This document shows, piece after piece, positions 50,272 through 61,732 of a stretch of DNA of 64,000 nucleotides. Within the stretch, counting starts at the first letter, position 1; each line of letters begins with the position of its first letter. Position numbers and translations under genes: made by a program. The notes beneath the pieces are model-generated. The model saw only the letters and a program-made list of their open reading frames with translations. It was not told the DNA's origin and made no database searches. The DNA comes from an uncultured beta proteobacterium (lineage in GTDB: Bacteria > Pseudomonadota > Gammaproteobacteria > Burkholderiales > Usitatibacteraceae): the NCBI GenBank assembly GCA_963786635.1, contig CAWAZV010000008.1:234051-298050 (forward strand), read 5' to 3'.

Positions 50272-50854
50272 ATGATCCGCGATCACTCCGCTCTCAAGCA
50301 CCACGCCCTGCAAGCCGGGGCGCACGTCGCCTCGCCGCCGCCGCGGGCGCGCCTGACCCCCGAGTCGCCGGCCCTCGAGGCGATGACCGACCTGCGAAGA
50401 ATCACGGCCGCGACGATCACGCCCGACCGCAGCATCGTCGAGTGCAACGCGCTCATGAAGGCGCGCGCGATCCGGCTGCTCTTCGTCGAAAGTACGCGGA
50501 GCGGGCCGTGGTGGGCGTGATCACGGCGACCGACCTGCTCGGCGAGAAGCCGGTGCGCTTCATGCAGGAGCGCGGCGTGCGCCATCACGAGATCCTCGTC
50601 TCCGACCTGATGACCCGCGCGAGCTCCCTCGAGGCATCGACCTGCAGAGCGTCAGTTGCCCATGCCCAGGTCGGCCACATCGTCGCGACCCTCAAGGCCG
50701 CGGGCCGCATGCACACCTTCGTGACCGACGAGGACGGCAAGCGCATCTGCGGCCTGTTCTCCGCCTCCGACATCGCGCGCCGCCTCGGGGTCGAGGTGCC
50801 CACCTACGAGATCGCGGCGAGCTTCGCCCAGATCGAGGCGCCCTGGCGCGGTAG
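50272..50854 (+). CDS. CBS-domain pair protein; two or three frame corrections, 3' end inferred
   Basis: The N-terminus is ORF 50272..50520. The middle, in the frame of 49926..50909, reads VVGVITATDLLGEKPVRFMQERG...RMHTFVTDEDGKRICGLFSASDIARRLG. A TAG at 52-54 of line 50851, followed by a hairpin, suggests the true end is ...QIEAALAR. Confidence 0.55.
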
Positions 50855-50857
50855 AAA

Positions 50858-50885
50858 GGGGCCAGGCTCGATAAAAACCTGGCCC
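50858..50885. terminator. hairpin between convergent genes (GGGCCAGG-loop-CCTGGCCC), a possible bidirectional terminator
   Basis: An 8-bp GC stem with an A-rich 11-nt loop lies exactly between the inferred CBS stop and the stop of the reductase gene at 50888. There is no strong T-tract. Confidence 0.4.
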
Positions 50886-50887
50886 TC

Positions 50888-51931
50888 TCAGGGCATCGGC
50901 GCGGAGTAGGTGAAGGCGTCGCAGTAGAACTCGTCCTCGGGGAGGGCGCGCTCCTCGATGAAGGTCTTCTTCGCGATGTCGGTCATCGCCGGGGCGCCGC
51001 AGGCGTAGACCTGGTAGCCGGCAAGACTCGGAAAATCGTCGAGCACCGCCTGGTGGACGAAGCCGGTGCGCCCGATCCAGTCGTCCTCCGGCCCCGGGTC
51101 GGACAGCACGGGGATGAAGGTGAAGTTGGGGTGCTCCTCCTGCCACTTCACCGGCAGCTCGGGAAGGTACAGGTCGGCCAGCGTGCGCACACCCCAGTAG
51201 AGCACCATCGGGCGGTCGATTCCCTTGTGGAAGGCGTGCTCGATCACGGCCTTCACCGGCGCGAATCCGGTGCCGCCCGCGACGAGGATCATGGGCTTGT
51301 CGGAGTCCTCGCGCAGGTAGAACGAGCCGAGCGGCCCCTCGAAGCGGATGATCGCGCGCTCCTTCATCTCCTCGAAGACGTACTTCGAGAACACCCCGCC
51401 CGGCGTGCGCCGCACGTGCAGCTGCAGGTGGGTGTCGTCGTGCGGCGCATTGGCCATCGAATAGCTGCGCCGGATGCCGCCCTTCATCAGGATGTCGATG
51501 TACTGCCCGGCCAGGAACTGCAGGCGCTCCGCGGCGGGGAGCTTGAGGTAGAGGATCGCGACATCCTCCGCGGGCTTCTCCACCCGCTCGACGCGCGCGG
51601 GCAGCGTCCGGATGGCGAGGTCCTTGAGTCCCGCCAGCTCGCGGATCTCGATCACGAGGTCGGAGACGGGCTTCGTGCAGCAGGTGAGCGCCTTGCCGGC
51701 AGCCTTCTCCTCGGCCGTGATCGCGCGGTCCTGATGCTCTCCGTAGACCACCTGGCCGCTCTTCAGCGCGCCCTTGCAGGCTCCGCAGGCGCCGTTGCGG
51801 CAGCCATAGGGCAGGCCCACGCCCTCGCGCAGCCCGGCCTCGAGGACGGTCTCGCCGGGATTGACCGTGAAAGTGCGGCCGCTCGGCTCGAGGCGCACCT
51901 GGCGCGCGGCCGGGGAGGGTGATTCGGACAC
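50888..51931 (-). CDS. 2Fe-2S ferredoxin / FAD / NAD(P)-binding oxidoreductase (Fre/AscD, CDP-6-deoxy-delta-3,4-glucoseen-reductase-like)
   Basis: The 347-aa intact ORF has CRNGACGACKG...C (plant-type 2Fe-2S), RSYSMAN (FAD) and VAGGTGFAP (NAD(P)). Confidence 0.85.
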   Translation of the reverse strand: MSESPSPAARQVRLEPSGRTFTVNPGETVLEAGLREGVGLPYGCRNGACGACKGALKSGQVVYGEHQDRAITAEEKAAGKALTCCTKPVSDLVIEIRELAGLKDLAIRTLPARVERVEKPAEDVAILYLKLPAAERLQFLAGQYIDILMKGGIRRSYSMANAPHDDTHLQLHVRRTPGGVFSKYVFEEMKERAIIRFEGPLGSFYLREDSDKPMILVAGGTGFAPVKAVIEHAFHKGIDRPMVLYWGVRTLADLYLPELPVKWQEEHPNFTFIPVLSDPGPEDDWIGRTGFVHQAVLDDFPSLAGYQVYACGAPAMTDIAKKTFIEERALPEDEFYCDAFTYSAPMP

Positions 51932-52022
51932 GGGGAGTCTTTCTCGCGTGGAATGACGACGGGCGGCCGCGGTACGGCCACCCGTCGAAAAGCAGCGAAT
52001 TCTACCCGATTGAAGCGGGCGC

Positions 52023-52409
52023 CTACCGCTCGCGGCGGAACTGGCCGTCGATCACGTGGCCCTGCGGACGCGCGTGGACGTGGACGGGTTCCGGCATCTG
52101 GCGCGGCAGCAGCAGCAGCGCCAGGGCGATGAAGTCCGAGATGATGCCCGGGAAGATGAGGAAGAGACCGGCGAGGACGGTGCGCGCGCTGTCGACGAAG
52201 GCGGCAATGGAGAACTGGCCCGCGGCCAGCGCGGCACCGAGCCGGGCGACGAGGGCGAAACGCGCCTCCTTGAGGAGTGCCACGCCCGCCACGGCGGCGA
52301 GCACGACCCACGCGAGGACCCACCAGCCGTGCAGCTCCGCGAGGCGCGCGAGCAGCGCGATTTCCAGCAGGGGGAAACCCAGTAAGATGACAAGCAGCAG
52401 GAACCTCAT
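52023..52409 (-). CDS. fxsA: FxsA-family membrane protein
   Basis: The 128-aa ORF reads MRFLLLVILLGFPLLEIALL...LIFPGIISDFIALALLLLP, a typical FxsA signature. Confidence 0.8.
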   Translation of the reverse strand: MRFLLLVILLGFPLLEIALLARLAELHGWWVLAWVVLAAVAGVALLKEARFALVARLGAALAAGQFSIAAFVDSARTVLAGLFLIFPGIISDFIALALLLLPRQMPEPVHVHARPQGHVIDGQFRRER

Positions 52410-52484
52410 TCGACCCTTCCTCGACTGGCCGGCGATTCACGCACCGGAAAACCCAAGACTGCCGCGCCGGCTCGTTCCCAGATT

Positions 52485-52826
52485 ATGGGCGTCATCGCCG
52501 TACTCACAAACCTACCCGACTCCGCGTCCGCTTTCAATCTCGCGCGCAGCCTCGTGGAGCGCCGCCTCGCCGCCTGCGTGAACGTCCTTTCCCCGGCCAC
52601 GTCCTTCTACCGCTGGGAGGAACGCCTGCAGCAGGAGCAGGAAACACCTCTCATCATCAAGTCCACGACCGAAGCCTACGACGAACTCGAGCGCGCGATC
52701 CGCGAACTGCACCCCTACGAGCTGCCGGAAATCATCGCCCTTCCCGTGATCCAGGGTCTTGAGAATTATCTGGGGTGGGTTGCCTCCGAATGCAAGCCTG
52801 ACGCCGAAACGAACACCGACAAATGA
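52485..52826 (+). CDS. cutA: divalent-cation tolerance protein CutA
   Basis: The 113-aa ORF contains LAACVNVL...SFYRWEERLQQEQETPLIIKS...IRELHPYELPEIIALPV. Confidence 0.9.
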   Translation: MGVIAVLTNLPDSASAFNLARSLVERRLAACVNVLSPATSFYRWEERLQQEQETPLIIKSTTEAYDELERAIRELHPYELPEIIALPVIQGLENYLGWVASECKPDAETNTDK

Positions 52827-53879
52827 AACGCGTCACAGCCCTCATCCTGACCGCCCTGGCGACATGCCTGGTGCAGGCCGCCGCGCCGTCCGGCGACGAA
52901 CCTCTCGATCCGGACCAGGCGTTCCACCCCACCGCCAGGCTCATCGCCGGGGAGCCGTCCGGCAAAGGGACCGAGCGCCACGGGATCGACATCGAATACC
53001 GCATCGCGCCCGGCTACTACCTCTACCGCGACCGCATTCGCTTCGAGGTGACGCCCGCCACGCTCCTGGTGGGGGCGCCGGAGTTCCCCCCGGGCATCAC
53101 GGTCGACGACCCTTTCCTCGGCAAGTCGGTCATCTACCGCGAGCGTCTCGTGGTGCACCTGCCCTTCGCCGTGAGCATCGCCAAGGCGGGGCGTTACAAG
53201 GTCCGCATCACCGCCCAGGGTTGCGCCGAAGGCCGCATCTGCTACTCGCCTTTCCCGCAGGACGTGGTGGTGAACATCCCGCCCGGCTATCGCGTGACCG
53301 ACTCGCCCACGACCGATGCGGAGCACGCCGCGATGAAACGGTGGCTGCCGGCAGTCGGCATCGGCCTGCTCGCCCTGCTGGGCGGGCTGTCGCTGTGGCT
53401 CGCGGGACGTGGCGCTGCGCCCCCGCAAATCCCGTCGGGACCGGTCGATGCGACTCCGGCCGCGATCCTGGCCGCCCGCTTCGCGGATGCGGACGGGAAG
53501 CCGGGCACCCTGGCGCAGTTTCCCGGCAAGGTCCTGGTGGTGAACTTCTGGGCCACCTGGTGCACCCCGTGCCGCGAGGAAATGCCCGGATTCGTGAAGC
53601 TGCAGTCGCGCTGGCAAGGGCGCGGCGTGCAATTCGTCGGCCTGGCGCAGGACGATCCCGCCAAGGTCGCCGCCTTCGGCCGCGATCTGGCGATCAATTA
53701 CCCCCTGTGGATCGGCGGGGCCGACGTGATGGACCTGTCGCGGCGCCTGGGCAACCGGCTGGGTGTGCTGCCCCACACAGTTCTTGCTCGATGACCAGGG
53801 ACGCGTTCTCGAATCACGGATCGGCATGTATTCGGAGGCGGATCTGGACTCCAGGCTGGCAGCAATTACCGGAAAATAG
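52823..53879 (+). CDS. DsbD-alpha-like periplasmic domain + single TM + TlpA/ResA-type thioredoxin domain (WCTPC); one frame correction near 53783
   Basis: The ATG overlaps the cutA stop (ATGA). The sequence reads DPDQAFHP...IAPGYYLYRDRIRF...AQGCAEGRICY, then a TM, then GKVLVVNFWATWCTPCREEMP. The corrected tail is FLLDDQGRVLESRIGMYSEADLDSRLAAITGK followed by the stop. Length is 1057 nt. Confidence 0.75.
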
Positions 53880-54040
53880 CCGTAACTTCGTCAAAAAGTA
53901 GTTAATTTCTGCCATTGCCGATATCCTGCCTGGCGCACTCACGACTCGCCGGAGCCGCCAAAGCGGAGTTCGTGCCGCTGCAAGGCAAACTTCGGCGAAC
54001 GCTGGACATCTTGCATCGACTTCCGGCAAACTCGTCGGTC

Positions 54041-54490
54041 ATGTCCGGCATCCTCGTTCTCCACGGCCCCAACCTCAACCTGCTCGGCACCCGCGAGCCG
54101 GACGTCTACGGAAACGTGACGCTGGCCGAAATCGACCGCCGCCTGGCCGAGCGGGGCAAGGCGGCCGGGGTCACGGTCCGCACCTTCCAGAACAATGCCG
54201 AAGCCCCCCTGATCGAACGCATTCATGCCGCGAAAAGCGACGAAACTGCGTTCATCATCATCAATCCTGCAGCTTTTACACATACCAGCGTAGCCCTGCG
54301 CGATGCCCTGGCGGCGGTGGCGATCCCGTTCATCGAGGTCCACCTGTCCAACGTGCACGCCCGCGAGTCCTTCCGGAAGCACTCCTATTTCAGCGACCTC
54401 GCGGTCGGTGTCATCTCCGGACTCGGCGCGCAAGGTTACGAACTGGCCCTGGAGGCCGCCCTGGCCCGTCTCGCCCCCACAAGGGGCTAG
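54041..54490 (+). CDS. aroQ: type II 3-dehydroquinate dehydratase
   Basis: The gene starts at the inner [27 protein letters not shown] and contains ...[18 protein letters not shown]...[15 protein letters not shown]. Confidence 0.9.
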   Translation: MSGILVLHGPNLNLLGTREPDVYGNVTLAEIDRRLAERGKAAGVTVRTFQNNAEAPLIERIHAAKSDETAFIIINPAAFTHTSVALRDALAAVAIPFIEVHLSNVHARESFRKHSYFSDLAVGVISGLGAQGYELALEAALARLAPTRG

Positions 54491-54515
54491 TCGCCACGGC
54501 GCCGGAGGAAGCACG

Positions 54516-54968
54516 ATGGACCTCAGGAAGCTGAAGAAGCTGATCGACCTGGTGCAGGAGTCCGGCATCGGGGAACTCGAAATCACGGAGGGCGAGGAGC
54601 GCGTGCGCATCAGCCGCACCGGGACAGCGCCCCCCGATGGTGATGGCCACGCCGGGGCAGATGGCCCTCGCCGCTCCAGGGGGCCCGGCGCAGGCTGCAC
54701 CGGCCGCACGCCGGAGGCGCCTGCCGCCCCCACCGGCCACACCCTCAAGTCGCCCATGGTCGGCACCTTCTACCGTTGCCCGTCCCCGGGCGCGCCCTCG
54801 TTCGTCGAGGTCGGCCAGTCCGTGACCAAGGGCCAGACGCTCTGCATCATCGAGGCGATGAAGCTCCTGAACGAGATCGAATCGGATGCCGCGGGGACGG
54901 TGAAGGCGATCCTCGTGGAGAACGGCCAGCCGGTCGAGTACGGCCAGCCGCTGTTCGTGATCGAGTGA
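54516..54968 (+). CDS. accB: biotin carboxyl carrier protein of acetyl-CoA carboxylase; linker region displaced by a compensated pair of indels (about 54636 and 54712)
   Basis: The sequence runs [23 protein letters not shown]...SPMVGTFY...[13 protein letters not shown] (biotinyl-Lys motif). The in-frame linker [25 protein letters not shown] reads as the natural-looking [25 protein letters not shown] in the adjacent frame. Confidence 0.9.
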   Translation: MDLRKLKKLIDLVQESGIGELEITEGEERVRISRTGTAPPDGDGHAGADGPRRSRGPGAGCTGRTPEAPAAPTGHTLKSPMVGTFYRCPSPGAPSFVEVGQSVTKGQTLCIIEAMKLLNEIESDAAGTVKAILVENGQPVEYGQPLFVIE

Positions 54969-54983
54969 TGACCCTCGCACGGG

Positions 54984-56348
<1,365 letters not shown>

Positions 56349-56360
56349 GGCGCCGGGCCG

Positions 56361-57257
56361 ATGGCGTGGCGCCGCGTCAACGTGGTGGTGGCGGGAGCCT
56401 TCGCGGTCGCGTTCGCCGAGGCCCTGGAGGCTGCCGGGGCGGTCTCGACCGAGATCACCGACGCCGATGCCGGCACCTCGGGCGAAAGCGCGATCTTCGC
56501 CGAGCCCGGCGCCGCGGCCGGTCTCTGGCCACGCTGCCGGGTCGTGGCGCTGCTGCCCCTGGATGCGGATCCCGACGCGCTTCTCGCCGCCGCATTCTCC
56601 GCCAGCGCCTGCGCGCCGCTCGAGGTCGCCTGCGCCGACGTACTCGAGGACAGCGACTGGGTGCGCGAGACGCAGCGCCAGTTCGCGCCGATCCGCGCGG
56701 GCAGGCGCGTGTGGATCGTGCCCACCTGGCACGTGGCGCCCGATCCGGCCGCGGTGAACATCGTGCTCGACCCGGGCGCGGCCTTCGGCACCGGCAGCCA
56801 CCCGACCACGCGGCTGGTGCTCGCCTGGCTGGAGAGCGAGGTGCGCGGCGGCGAGACCGTGCTCGACTACGGCTGCGGCTCCGGCATCCTCGCGATCGCG
56901 GCGATGAAGCTGGGGGCGGCGCGCGCCGTCGGCGTCGACATCGACCCGCTGGCACTCGAGGCCGCTCGCTATAATGCCTCGGCCAATGCAGTCGCCCTCG
57001 ACGTGCGCGGGGCGGACGCAACGCTCGCCGTCACCGCCGATCTCACCGTGGCCAACATCCTCGCCAATCCCCTACGCATGCTGGCACCGCTCCTCGCCTC
57101 GCACACCCGCCCCGGCGGACGCCTGGCCCTGTCGGGCATCCTCGCCGCGCAGGCCGACGAGGTGATGCGGGCCTACGCCCCGTTCTTCGCCATGGCACAA
57201 GCGGGCGCCGAGGCCGAATGGGTGTGTCTCGCGGGCACGCGCAGGCAGGCGGCCTAG
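56361..57257 (+). CDS. prmA: ribosomal protein L11 methyltransferase
   Basis: The 298-aa intact ORF contains DPGAAFGTGSHPTTRL, VLDYGCGSGILAIAA and ANILANPL. It occupies the conserved position after accC. Confidence 0.9.
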   Translation: MAWRRVNVVVAGAFAVAFAEALEAAGAVSTEITDADAGTSGESAIFAEPGAAAGLWPRCRVVALLPLDADPDALLAAAFSASACAPLEVACADVLEDSDWVRETQRQFAPIRAGRRVWIVPTWHVAPDPAAVNIVLDPGAAFGTGSHPTTRLVLAWLESEVRGGETVLDYGCGSGILAIAAMKLGAARAVGVDIDPLALEAARYNASANAVALDVRGADATLAVTADLTVANILANPLRMLAPLLASHTRPGGRLALSGILAAQADEVMRAYAPFFAMAQAGAEAEWVCLAGTRRQAA

Positions 57258-57260
57258 GCG

Positions 57261-58097
57261 ATGCTCGTCACCGAATGCACGCACTGCGGCGCGCGTTTCC
57301 GCGCCACGCCGGACCAGCTGAACCATCGCCAGGGGCAGGTGCGCTGCGGCGAGTGCCAGGGGATATTCAACGCCTTCGAGTCGATCGTGCGCGTGCCGGC
57401 CGAGACGGGGCAGGCGCTGCCGCAGGCGGCATCGGTTCCGGGCGTGCCGGCAGCCGCGCCGGAAGGCACGGACATCCTCGACTTCCTGGAGGCGCCGCCG
57501 GCGGCCGAACCCGCGGAGTCGCCAGGCGACGAAGCGCCGAAGATGCCGCCACCGGCAGAGGCCGCGGCGGAAAGGGAAGCGGCGGATCTCGCCGCAGCGC
57601 TGGCGCCGGCCCGGCCGGCGCGCCCGGCACGCGCCTGGTCGCTGGGCGTGTTGCTGCTTGCCCTGGTCCTCGCCATGCAGGCCGCCTACGCGTTTCGCGC
57701 CCAGCTCGCGCGCAATTACCCGACGCTGCGGCCGGCCCTCGAATCGGCCTGCGCCACGGTGGGCTGCCGGGTGCCGTGGGTGAACGACGAGTCGGCGCTC
57801 AAGCTGGAGGACTCGGAGATGCTCGAAGTGCCGGGCAAGCCCGGGCAGATCGCGTTGCAGGCGCGCATCCGCAACCTCTCCTCCTCCGCGCAGGAGTTCC
57901 CGTACCTCGAACTCACCCTGACCGACCTCACCGGGCAGGCCGCCATCCGCCGCGTGCTGCGCCCGGCGGACTACCTCGGCCGCGGCGCGGAAGGCGGGCA
58001 CGTCATGGCCGCGGGATCGGAAGCGCTCCTGAGCGTGCGCCTGGAGACGGGACGCATCCGCGCGACCGGCTACGAACTGCTGCTCTTCTACCCCTGA
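57261..58097 (+). CDS. MJ0042-type zinc-ribbon plus DUF3426-like membrane protein
   Basis: The N-terminus reads CTHCGARFRATPDQLNHRQGQVRCGECQGIFNAF. It is followed by an AP-rich linker, one TM and a C-terminal beta-rich domain, the usual partner downstream of prmA in betaproteobacteria. Confidence 0.7.
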   Translation: MLVTECTHCGARFRATPDQLNHRQGQVRCGECQGIFNAFESIVRVPAETGQALPQAASVPGVPAAAPEGTDILDFLEAPPAAEPAESPGDEAPKMPPPAEAAAEREAADLAAALAPARPARPARAWSLGVLLLALVLAMQAAYAFRAQLARNYPTLRPALESACATVGCRVPWVNDESALKLEDSEMLEVPGKPGQIALQARIRNLSSSAQEFPYLELTLTDLTGQAAIRRVLRPADYLGRGAEGGHVMAAGSEALLSVRLETGRIRATGYELLLFYP

Positions 58098-58106
58098 AGG
58101 GAATTC

Positions 58107-59047
58107 ATGTCGATCCTGGTCTGCGGTTCCATCGCGTACGACACCATCATGGTGTTCCACGACCAATTCAAGAACCACATCCTCCCCGACCAGATCCACA
58201 TCCTGAATGTCGCCTTCCTGGTGCCGGACCTGCGGCGCGAATACGGCGGCTGCGCCGGCAACATCGCCTACGGGCTGAAGCTCCTGGGCGAGGAACCGCT
58301 GATCATGGCGACCGTCGGCCACGACTTCGACCCCTACGAGCGCCGCCTCGACCTGCTCGGGATCTCCCGCCGGCACGTGCGCAAGCTGGACGAGCACTTC
58401 ACCGCGCAGGCGTTCATCACCACCGACATCGACGACAACCAGATCACCGCCTTCCACCCCGGCGCGATGTCGCATTCGCACGCCAACCGCATCGGCGAGG
58501 CGGAGCGGCGTGCGCCTCGCGATCGTCTCCCCGGACGGCCGGCAGGGCATGCTCGAGCACGCCCGCGACCTCGCCCACGCGAAGATCCCCTACGTGCTCG
58601 ATCCCGGCCAGGGGCTGCCCATGTTCTCGGGCGAGGACCTCCTCGAGATGCTCGCCGGCGCGCGCTGCCTGACGGTGAACGACTACGAGGCACGCCTGGT
58701 CGAACAGAAGACCGGAGAAGCCCATCGCCGAACTCGCCCGGCGGGTCGAGGCGGTGGTGGTGACGCGCGGTGCGGAAGGCGCGGACATCCTCGTGGGCAG
58801 TGAACGGATCCACGTGCCGGCCGTCACGCCCGATAGCCTCGTCGATCCCACCGGCTGCGGCGACGCGTTCCGCGCGGGCCTGCTCTTCGGGATGTATCGC
58901 GGATGGGATTGGCCCAGGTGCGGGAGGCTCGCCTCCCTGATGGGGTCGATCAAGATCGCCCACCGCGGCGGGCAGAACTACCGGCCGCCGCGCGAGGAAA
59001 TCGCAAGGCGTTACGAGGAAGCGTTCGCCGAAAGGCTCCAGGCGTGA
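58107..59047 (+). CDS. PfkB-family carbohydrate/nucleoside kinase (adenosine-kinase-like); two frame corrections (near 58505 and 58720)
   Basis: Three consecutive track ORFs (58107.., 58510.., 58754..) join into one protein: MSILVCGSIAYD...GGCAGNIAY.../RLAIVSPDGRQGMLEH.../VVTRGAEGADI...DPTGCGDAFRAG. Length is 941 nt (2 mod 3). Confidence 0.75.
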
Positions 59048-59091
59048 CTCCCGCCTGCGGGAACGGCGGACAACGCAAGAGGAGATCGACG

Positions 59092-59553
59092 ATGCACGCA
59101 AGGACTCTCGGTATCGCTCTCGTGGCCACTGCCATGCTCGGCATCGCCGGCTGCGCCGCACCCGGCCGCGGCAGTGCCGATTACCGCGGCTACCAGACGC
59201 GCACGGAGCAATCGATCCGCTTTGGCGTGGTCGAGACCATCCGCCCGGTGCGCATCGATGCGCCGAACACCGGCGTGGGAACCGCCACGGGCGCCGTTCT
59301 CGGCGGCCTGGCCGGCAACACCGTCGGCGGCGGCTATGGGCAGACTGCGGCCGCGATCGCCGGCGCCGTCATCGGCGGCATCATCGGCTCGCACGTCGAG
59401 GCGGACGCCAACAAGGGCCAGGGCATCGAGATCACGGTGCTGCTCGACGGCGGCCAGTACATCGCGGTGGTGCAGGAGGCGGACGAAGCCTTCCGCGTCG
59501 GCGACCGCGTGCGCATCGTCTCGGGCCAGGGCACCACGCGCGTCACGCACTGA
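59092..59553 (+). CDS. glycine-zipper (2TM) outer-membrane lipoprotein, SlyB/17-kDa-antigen-like
   Basis: It has an inner ATG, the lipobox LGIAGC, and the glycine zipper GAVLGGLAGNTVGGGYG...AGAVIGGIIG. Confidence 0.75.
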   Translation: MHARTLGIALVATAMLGIAGCAAPGRGSADYRGYQTRTEQSIRFGVVETIRPVRIDAPNTGVGTATGAVLGGLAGNTVGGGYGQTAAAIAGAVIGGIIGSHVEADANKGQGIEITVLLDGGQYIAVVQEADEAFRVGDRVRIVSGQGTTRVTH

Positions 59554-59570
59554 ACGACCGCCCGCGACAC

Positions 59571-60379
59571 TTGCCCCGCAACAAGGCCTCCGCGCTCGTC
59601 CGCGTCGTTCGCTGGGCCAGGCTCGCCCTGCACCTGGGGTCCGCCTTCCTGATCCTCGCCTTCACCTGGCCGCGCGCCAGGCCGCGGCGCGCCACGTCAT
59701 CGCGGTGCGCTGGGCGAAGCGGCTCCTCGCGATACTCGGCGTGCGCGTGCACTGCACGGGAAGGCGCCCGCCGCGCGGCCGCGCCGGCGTGCTGATCGCC
59801 TCCAACCACGTCTCCTGGGTCGACATCTTCGTCATCGCCTCGGTACGGCACACGCGCTTCATCGCCAAGAGCGAGGTCCGCGACTGGCCGCTCGCCGGGT
59901 GGCTGGCCGAGCGCTCCGGGACGATCTTCATCCACCGCGCGCGCCGCCACGACACCGCGCGCATCAATGCGCTCGTGCACGACGCGCTGGCCGAGGGCGA
60001 GTGCGTGGGGCTGTTTCCGGAAGGCACCACGACCGAGGGCGATCGCCTGCTCAAGTTCCACAGCTCGCTCTTCGAGCCGGCAGTCGCCAATCGCGCGCGC
60101 GTGCACCCGGTGGCCGTGCGCTACGAGAACCCCGACGGGACGCCGCTCGCCTCCGTGGCCTACGTGGGCGACCAGACGCTCGCCGAATCCCTGCGCATGG
60201 TGATCGGCACGCGGGAGACGATCGCGCGCCTCTCTTTCGCGGAGCCGATCGAGCCGGCGAGCCTCACGCGCCAGCAGGTGGCCGGCGAGGCGCACCGGCG
60301 CGTGGCTAGTCTTCTGGGCCTCCCGACCCCGGGCAAGGCACCTGGACCAGGCGGCGATCCTCCATCCGCACCGCGGTGA
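59571..60379 (+). CDS. plsC: 1-acyl-sn-glycerol-3-phosphate acyltransferase family (PlsC-like); one frame correction near 59685, ends uncertain
   Basis: The N-terminal TM is in ORF 59571..59795 (TTG start). The catalytic part, in the frame of ORF 59174..60379, has NHVSWVDI (HX4D) and FPEGTT. Length is 809 nt (2 mod 3). Confidence 0.7.
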
Positions 60380-61127
60380 GCGTGCGGCCCCAGACGCAGC
60401 CGCTGTCGAGCGAAAGCACGTTGTCGCCGATGCGCAGGCCCAGCGCGGACCAGTGTCCGCAGACGATGGTGTGCGTCGTGCTCGCGCGGGCCGGCATGGC
60501 GAACCACGGAGTGCGATGCGAGTAGTTCTCCCCGGGCTCGCCCTTGAACGCGAGCTCCATCTCGCCGTCCCGCGTGCACACGCGCAGCCGGGTCATCGCG
60601 TTCACGATGGCGCGCAACCGATCGTCGCCCGCGAGCGCGTCGTGCCAGCGCGTCGGGTGGTTGCCGTACAGGTGCGCGAGGAAGCGCCGCCATCCCGGCC
60701 CCTGCAGCACGGCCTCGACTTCCCCCGCCAGCTCGCGCGCGCGGAAGACCGTCCACTCGGGCAGCAGCCCCGCGTGCACCATCGCAAAGGCGCCCTCGAC
60801 ATGCATGAGCGGCCGGTGGCGCAGCCAGTCGAGCAGCTCGTCGCGATCCGGTGCGGCGAGCAGGTCCTCGAGGGTGTCGCGCGGCCGCGCCTTCTCGATG
60901 CCCGCCGCCACGCAGATCAGGTGCAGGTCATGGTTGCCGAGCACCGTGATCGCGGAGGTCCCGAGGCTCTTCACGAAGCGCAGGCAGCCGGCCGAGTCGG
61001 GACCGCGGTTCACCAGGTCGCCCACGAACCAGAGGCGGTCGCGCGCGGGGTCGAAGTCGATCGCCGCGATGAGGCGCTCGAGCGGCGCGAGGCATCCCTG
61101 CAAGTCGCCGATCGCGTAGAGGGCCAT
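60306..61127 (-). CDS. apaH: symmetrical bis(5'-nucleosyl)-tetraphosphatase
   Basis: The 273-aa intact ORF begins MALYAIGDLQGC and contains GDLVNRGPDS, GNHDLHL and VHAGL. Confidence 0.9.
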   Translation of the reverse strand: MALYAIGDLQGCLAPLERLIAAIDFDPARDRLWFVGDLVNRGPDSAGCLRFVKSLGTSAITVLGNHDLHLICVAAGIEKARPRDTLEDLLAAPDRDELLDWLRHRPLMHVEGAFAMVHAGLLPEWTVFRARELAGEVEAVLQGPGWRRFLAHLYGNHPTRWHDALAGDDRLRAIVNAMTRLRVCTRDGEMELAFKGEPGENYSHRTPWFAMPARASTTHTIVCGHWSALGLRIGDNVLSLDSGCVWGRTLTAVRMEDRRLVQVPCPGSGGPED

Positions 61128-61140
61128 GGGGGTGGAAATG

Positions 61141-61166
61141 AAAAAGGGCGACCGCGATCGCCCTTT
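61141..61166 (-). terminator. rho-independent terminator downstream of the cytochrome c5 gene (hairpin flanked by an A5/T3 run, possibly bidirectional)
   Basis: AAAGGGCGA-ccgcga-TCGCCCTTT. On the minus strand the stem is followed by TTTTT. It lies 26 nt after the stop at 61192. Confidence 0.6.
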
Positions 61167-61191
61167 CGCTTCGGTCCGGGCGGTTGCGCGG

Positions 61192-61732
61192 CTACTTCGA
61201 GCCGGCGACCATGTAATCGACCGCCGCCTTCACGTCCGCGTCGGCAAGGGCCGCGTTGCCGCCCTTGGGAGGCATCGCGCCCTTGCCCTTGATGACGCTG
61301 GCGTACAGGGCCTCGGTGCCCGTCTTGATGCGTGGCGCCCACGCGGCCTTGTCGCCCAGCTTCGGGGCATTGGCGGCACCGGTCGCGTGGCAGGCCATGC
61401 AGGCGGTGTCGTAGGTCTTCTTGCCGTCGGGCTTGGCTGGCGCGGCGGTCACCTTGGCGGTAGCGACCTTCGGTGCGTCGGCCGCAGGCGCGACGGGCGT
61501 GGAACCTTCGAGCTGCAGCTTCGCGACGGGCCCGATCCGCCTGGCGAGCGCTTCGGGAGTCATGGCCGGGTCCTTCTCCAGCGAGCGGCCGCCATAGGCG
61601 CCGACCGCGAACTGCGCCATCAGGATGATGCCCACGACGAGCGCGATCGCGCCCACGCCGATCCAGATCGCCAGCTGCAAGGGATGCGATTTCGATGTTG
61701 TCTGCGACAGGGTCGTGGTGGGCTTCGGACAT
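61192..61732 (-). CDS. membrane-anchored class I c-type cytochrome (cytochrome c5-like); one frame correction near 61683
   Basis: MSEAHHDPVADNIEI (ATG at 61732, GAGGAAG upstream) is in one frame. HPLQLAIWIGVGAIALVVGIILMAQF...YDTACMACHATGAANAPKLGD...GAMPPKGG is in ORF 61192..61794. Length is 541 nt. Confidence 0.75.

Noticed and set aside
50615-50670. A possible additional compensated indel pair in the CBS gene (in-frame LEASTCRASV versus off-frame LEAIDLQSVS).
   Set aside because: It is plausible from CBS-domain context, but it rests on a very short segment and my memory of typical sequences. It is not strong enough to assert without an alignment.
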